Source: Promethearchaeota archaeon (GTDB lineage: Archaea; Asgardarchaeota; Odinarchaeia; Odinarchaeales; JBHLKK01). From it: a DNA stretch of 7,385 nt. The notes beneath the pieces are model-generated. The model was given only the letters and a program-made list of their open reading frames with translations, searched no databases and was not told the origin of the DNA. How positions within the stretch are numbered: position 1 is the first letter of the stretch; every line of letters begins with the position of its first letter. The stretch is from positions 1 to 7,385 of the forward strand of contig JBHLPL010000097.1 of NCBI GenBank assembly GCA_048939465.1, written 5' to 3'. The translations under genes and the position numbers were made by a program. Below are positions 5,081 through 7,385 of this stretch, piece after piece.

Positions 5081-6304
5081 ATGAGCAGCTCAAACCTTGC
5101 AAGCATGGACAAGCAAGACCTATTAAAACGAGCGAAAGATCATATCTTCTCTCTCGGTCTTAAAGACGCCGCTTCCCGCCTTTGCCAAGCAAACATGCAG
5201 TATGGGCTTGCGAAGTTTCACATAGTCCAAGAGAGGAACGGTATCAGGCCAGATGCTACCTTTATTTCCACACCGGATGAAACGGTGACTAGGAATACTG
5301 AGAGGTGGAATGGGGGAATAGGCTACGGAGGTAAGATTGCTTGGGGGAACGGCAGAGAGAAGTTGGTAATTCTGGACGTCATGCCCAACGCTTGCGGCAT
5401 GCTCGTTGGAGGATTAGAAGAACTGCCTGAATCCAAGGACATTATTAACAATATAGCCAATCTCGCAGAGGAAGAAGTTGAGGTCGACGGTATTCCAATT
5501 AACTGGGATTTTGGGGTAGGCAATCACTTCATAGACGTTTTTAAGGTTTCAAGAGTTTTACCTGTTGACTTACCGAATTATGCATTCATAATCCACTCTG
5601 GCACAATTGAGCTCAAAGCTGATAACCCGAAGGGGTTTGGTTTGTACATTGAAAGAAGCGCAATACTGCGGGATATGGCCGAAGTTGCCAGCACACCATT
5701 TGGAAAATGTCACTTTCTGTTGGGTTCCGATGCCAGAGAATATTACGAGTTTTCCAAATACGCCGAAGGATTCAGTGCAAGGAGGAGATCATTAGCAGCA
5801 GAGAGAATATTTGGGGAGTATAGAGAAATAGCAAACGTCTGTCACCAAGGCCTAGATAACATGAATGAAATTCGTCTAGGAGTTCAGGATACCACGGGAG
5901 GAGACCGTCCGGAATCTCTGCTTCCGATAGCATTAAGAGACGACTTGCCCGCTTATCTTGTCAAGGGGTTGCCCAATCTTTCTGAGGAAGTAATCAAGAC
6001 TCAAGGCTTCAAAGATAGAGCTGAGAGATTGGGGGTTATGGAAAGACTTACTGGAGCGAATATCGCACCACACGGCGGAGGCTATGCCTTCCCTGATTTG
6101 TTAAATGTCGGAAATATCGTAGAGACGTCATCAGCAAGGTACTTCGTTATTGAAATGGACCATACAGATGGACAGAAGATAGTATCAAATCTTAAGGGAC
6201 TTCGATTCAATTACAGGGGAAGGACTATCATAGTTAGTTCTCTTGAACTTGGACTAGTCAAGATAGCTACAAGGCTCATACCTGAGTATATTCTTAAAAT
6301 CTGA
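5081..6304 (+). CDS. Highly divergent RtcB-fold protein (GTP/Mn-dependent 3'-phosphate RNA ligase superfamily)
   Basis: Manual alignment to Pyrococcus horikoshii RtcB from memory: TPD66 (MPD65), NAC105GM (INC98GV), GVGN148H149FID (GSGN202H203FLE), IIH172SG (VH234TG), CH255Q (AH329N), PH331GGG (CH404GAG), Y378 (Y451), and C-terminal GLVKIATRLIPEYILK (GIAKLVARMRPIGVAK). The helix EYYEFSKYAEGFSARRR matches RYFSAMKAAANFAWANR. SD-like AGGGGG at 5068-5073. Confidence 0.8.
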   Translation: MSSSNLASMDKQDLLKRAKDHIFSLGLKDAASRLCQANMQYGLAKFHIVQERNGIRPDATFISTPDETVTRNTERWNGGIGYGGKIAWGNGREKLVILDVMPNACGMLVGGLEELPESKDIINNIANLAEEEVEVDGIPINWDFGVGNHFIDVFKVSRVLPVDLPNYAFIIHSGTIELKADNPKGFGLYIERSAILRDMAEVASTPFGKCHFLLGSDAREYYEFSKYAEGFSARRRSLAAERIFGEYREIANVCHQGLDNMNEIRLGVQDTTGGDRPESLLPIALRDDLPAYLVKGLPNLSEEVIKTQGFKDRAERLGVMERLTGANIAPHGGGYAFPDLLNVGNIVETSSARYFVIEMDHTDGQKIVSNLKGLRFNYRGRTIIVSSLELGLVKIATRLIPEYILKI

Positions 6305-6368
6305 TCTGCCATTCAGGAGTAGGAACCACAATATTGTATCCATAGCAAAGGAGAAGGAGAATTCGTTC

Positions 6369-6764
6369 CTAAATCTTGACCTTTCCTATTTCCAACAGAT
6401 TTGATCTCGAGAAAACACCGATGGGTTCTCCCTTGCTTTCCACCACTAGATGATCTATGCCTTTCTCAGTCATTGTTGTTAGTGCTTCCTTAACTGTGGC
6501 GTTTTCAGAGATTTTTACGATCGGGCTAGCGATTATTTTTCCAACGGGCATATCGGGGTCAGTATCGCCAATAACAGTCTTAAGAAGAATGTCCTGCTTG
6601 GTAATCGATCCCACTGGCTTCTGTTTTTCGGTCACAACCAGAATGGGAGTACCAGTTTCAATCATCATTCTGGCAGCTTCCTTTATTGTGACTGAGCTTT
6701 CGATGGAAATCATTCCTCTGCTTGCATATACTCTTATAGGCTTATTGATGTCTAGTTTTAGCAT
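6369..6764 (-). CDS. Stand-alone CBS-pair (Bateman domain) protein
   Basis: Two CBS repeats: ISIESSVTIKEAARMM...LVVTEKQKPVGSITKQDIL and IVKISENATVKEALTTM...HLVVESKGEPIGVFSRSNLL. SD GGGGAG at 6778-6773 on the minus strand. Confidence 0.92.
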   Translation of the reverse strand: MLKLDINKPIRVYASRGMISIESSVTIKEAARMMIETGTPILVVTEKQKPVGSITKQDILLKTVIGDTDPDMPVGKIIASPIVKISENATVKEALTTMTEKGIDHLVVESKGEPIGVFSRSNLLEIGKVKI

Positions 6765-6778
6765 GATACGTTCTCCCC

Positions 6779-6808
6779 TAACTATAAGTTTCTCTTTAAC
6801 TATAATTA
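6779..6808. promoter_or_regulatory. Divergent promoter region for the CBS and phosphoesterase genes, with a 9-bp direct repeat
   Basis: TAACTATAA at 6779-6787 and 6797-6805. TATAATTA (6801-6808) lies roughly equidistant (about 35 bp) from both start codons. Confidence 0.45.
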
Positions 6809-6841
6809 TGATGGACTTAAAACTATTGTGAGGTGCGAGTC

Positions 6842-7385
6842 ATGAAGGATTTGGTCATAGCACACATATCAGATTCTCACATATCTAACAACCGTGCAGA
6901 GTTCAAGAAAGACTTTTTCATGAAAGCGGTAAATGAAATAAATAGACTATCACCCGGCCTGACAATCCACACAGGCGACCTAACGGATAATGGGCTAAAA
7001 GAAGAATTTGAGATGGCAAAAGATCTTGTTTCTTGGTTTGAAAAAAAACCAGTAATTTTAATGGGAAATCATGATGCCAAAAACGTGGGCTACAGGCTTT
7101 TTGAGGACTACATAGGGCCTCGTGACGTAATCGTGGAAAATGAGCATTTTCTCCTCGTAGGCGTCGATAGTAGTATACCTGACCGCAATGAGGGGAAGTT
7201 TGGTAAGATGCATATGAAATGGGTTGCGGACGTGTTAGGAGAAAAAGGGGATGGGAAAATAAAGATAGTGGCATTTCACCACCATCTTGTGCCGGTCCCA
7301 AATGCCGGAAGAGAAAGAAGCATGATTTATGATGCTGGCGACGTACTGAAGTTAGTTCTGGACCACGGTGTTGATATTGTTCTTA
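6842..7385 (+). CDS. Calcineurin-like metallophosphoesterase (CpdA/Icc-like), 3'-truncated by the window edge; absent from the supplied ORF track
   Basis: My translation from ATG 6842 is open to the window end: MKDLVIAHISDSHISNN...IHTGDLTDNG...LMGNHDAKN...VDSSIPDRNEG...AFHHHLVPVPNAGRERSMIYDAGDVLKLVLDHGVDIVL. It shows the DxH, GD, GNHD and HH motifs; the final GHxH would lie just past the edge. SD GAGGTG at 6830-6835. Confidence 0.93.
   Translation, partial: MKDLVIAHISDSHISNNRAEFKKDFFMKAVNEINRLSPGLTIHTGDLTDNGLKEEFEMAKDLVSWFEKKPVILMGNHDAKNVGYRLFEDYIGPRDVIVENEHFLLVGVDSSIPDRNEGKFGKMHMKWVADVLGEKGDGKIKIVAFHHHLVPVPNAGRERSMIYDAGDVLKLVLDHGVDIVL

Noticed and set aside
5081-6304. Intein in the RtcB-like gene (some archaeal RtcBs have one)
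   Set aside because: The protein is shorter than canonical RtcB and has no intein splice-junction or LAGLIDADG motifs.
6328-6337. Palindrome ACAATATTGT between the convergent RtcB-like and CBS genes
   Set aside because: A short AT-rich palindrome with no loop or associated promoter; likely chance.
499-6831. Shadow ORFs in the track (499-924, 1258-1512, 2173-2415, 3310-3612, 3353-3589, 3637-3864, 4225-4422, 5323-5523, 5607-5795, 6457-6831)
   Set aside because: They overlap well-supported genes antisense or out of frame and have no recognisable motifs.
6918-7301. 127-aa minus-strand ORF in the track
   Set aside because: It is antisense to the clear metallophosphoesterase starting at 6842, which the track missed because it has no stop codon inside the window.

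Overview
A gene-dense, apparently archaeal chromosomal window (archaeoflavoprotein AfpA, TATA-like promoters, GGTG/GGGG-type SD sites; lineage not determinable) with no mobile element, CRISPR array, rRNA or tRNA. In order: 5'-truncated iron-sulfur flavoprotein (Isf-like), AfpA-family flavoprotein, ferritin-like four-helix protein, LysE exporter (-), EamA/DMT transporter, RimK-family ATP-grasp ligase (-), a 338-bp repeat- and palindrome-rich divergent spacer, a 407-aa highly divergent RtcB-fold protein, a stand-alone CBS-pair protein (-), and a 3'-truncated calcineurin-like metallophosphoesterase missing from the ORF track. The standout is the RtcB-like protein. By manual motif alignment it keeps all metal ligands and the guanylylated His of RtcB, but has lost several phosphate/RNA-binding residues and a large insertion. 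It is head-to-head with an orphan ATP-grasp ligase, suggesting (inference only) a repurposed GTP-dependent phosphodiester-forming or capping enzyme.
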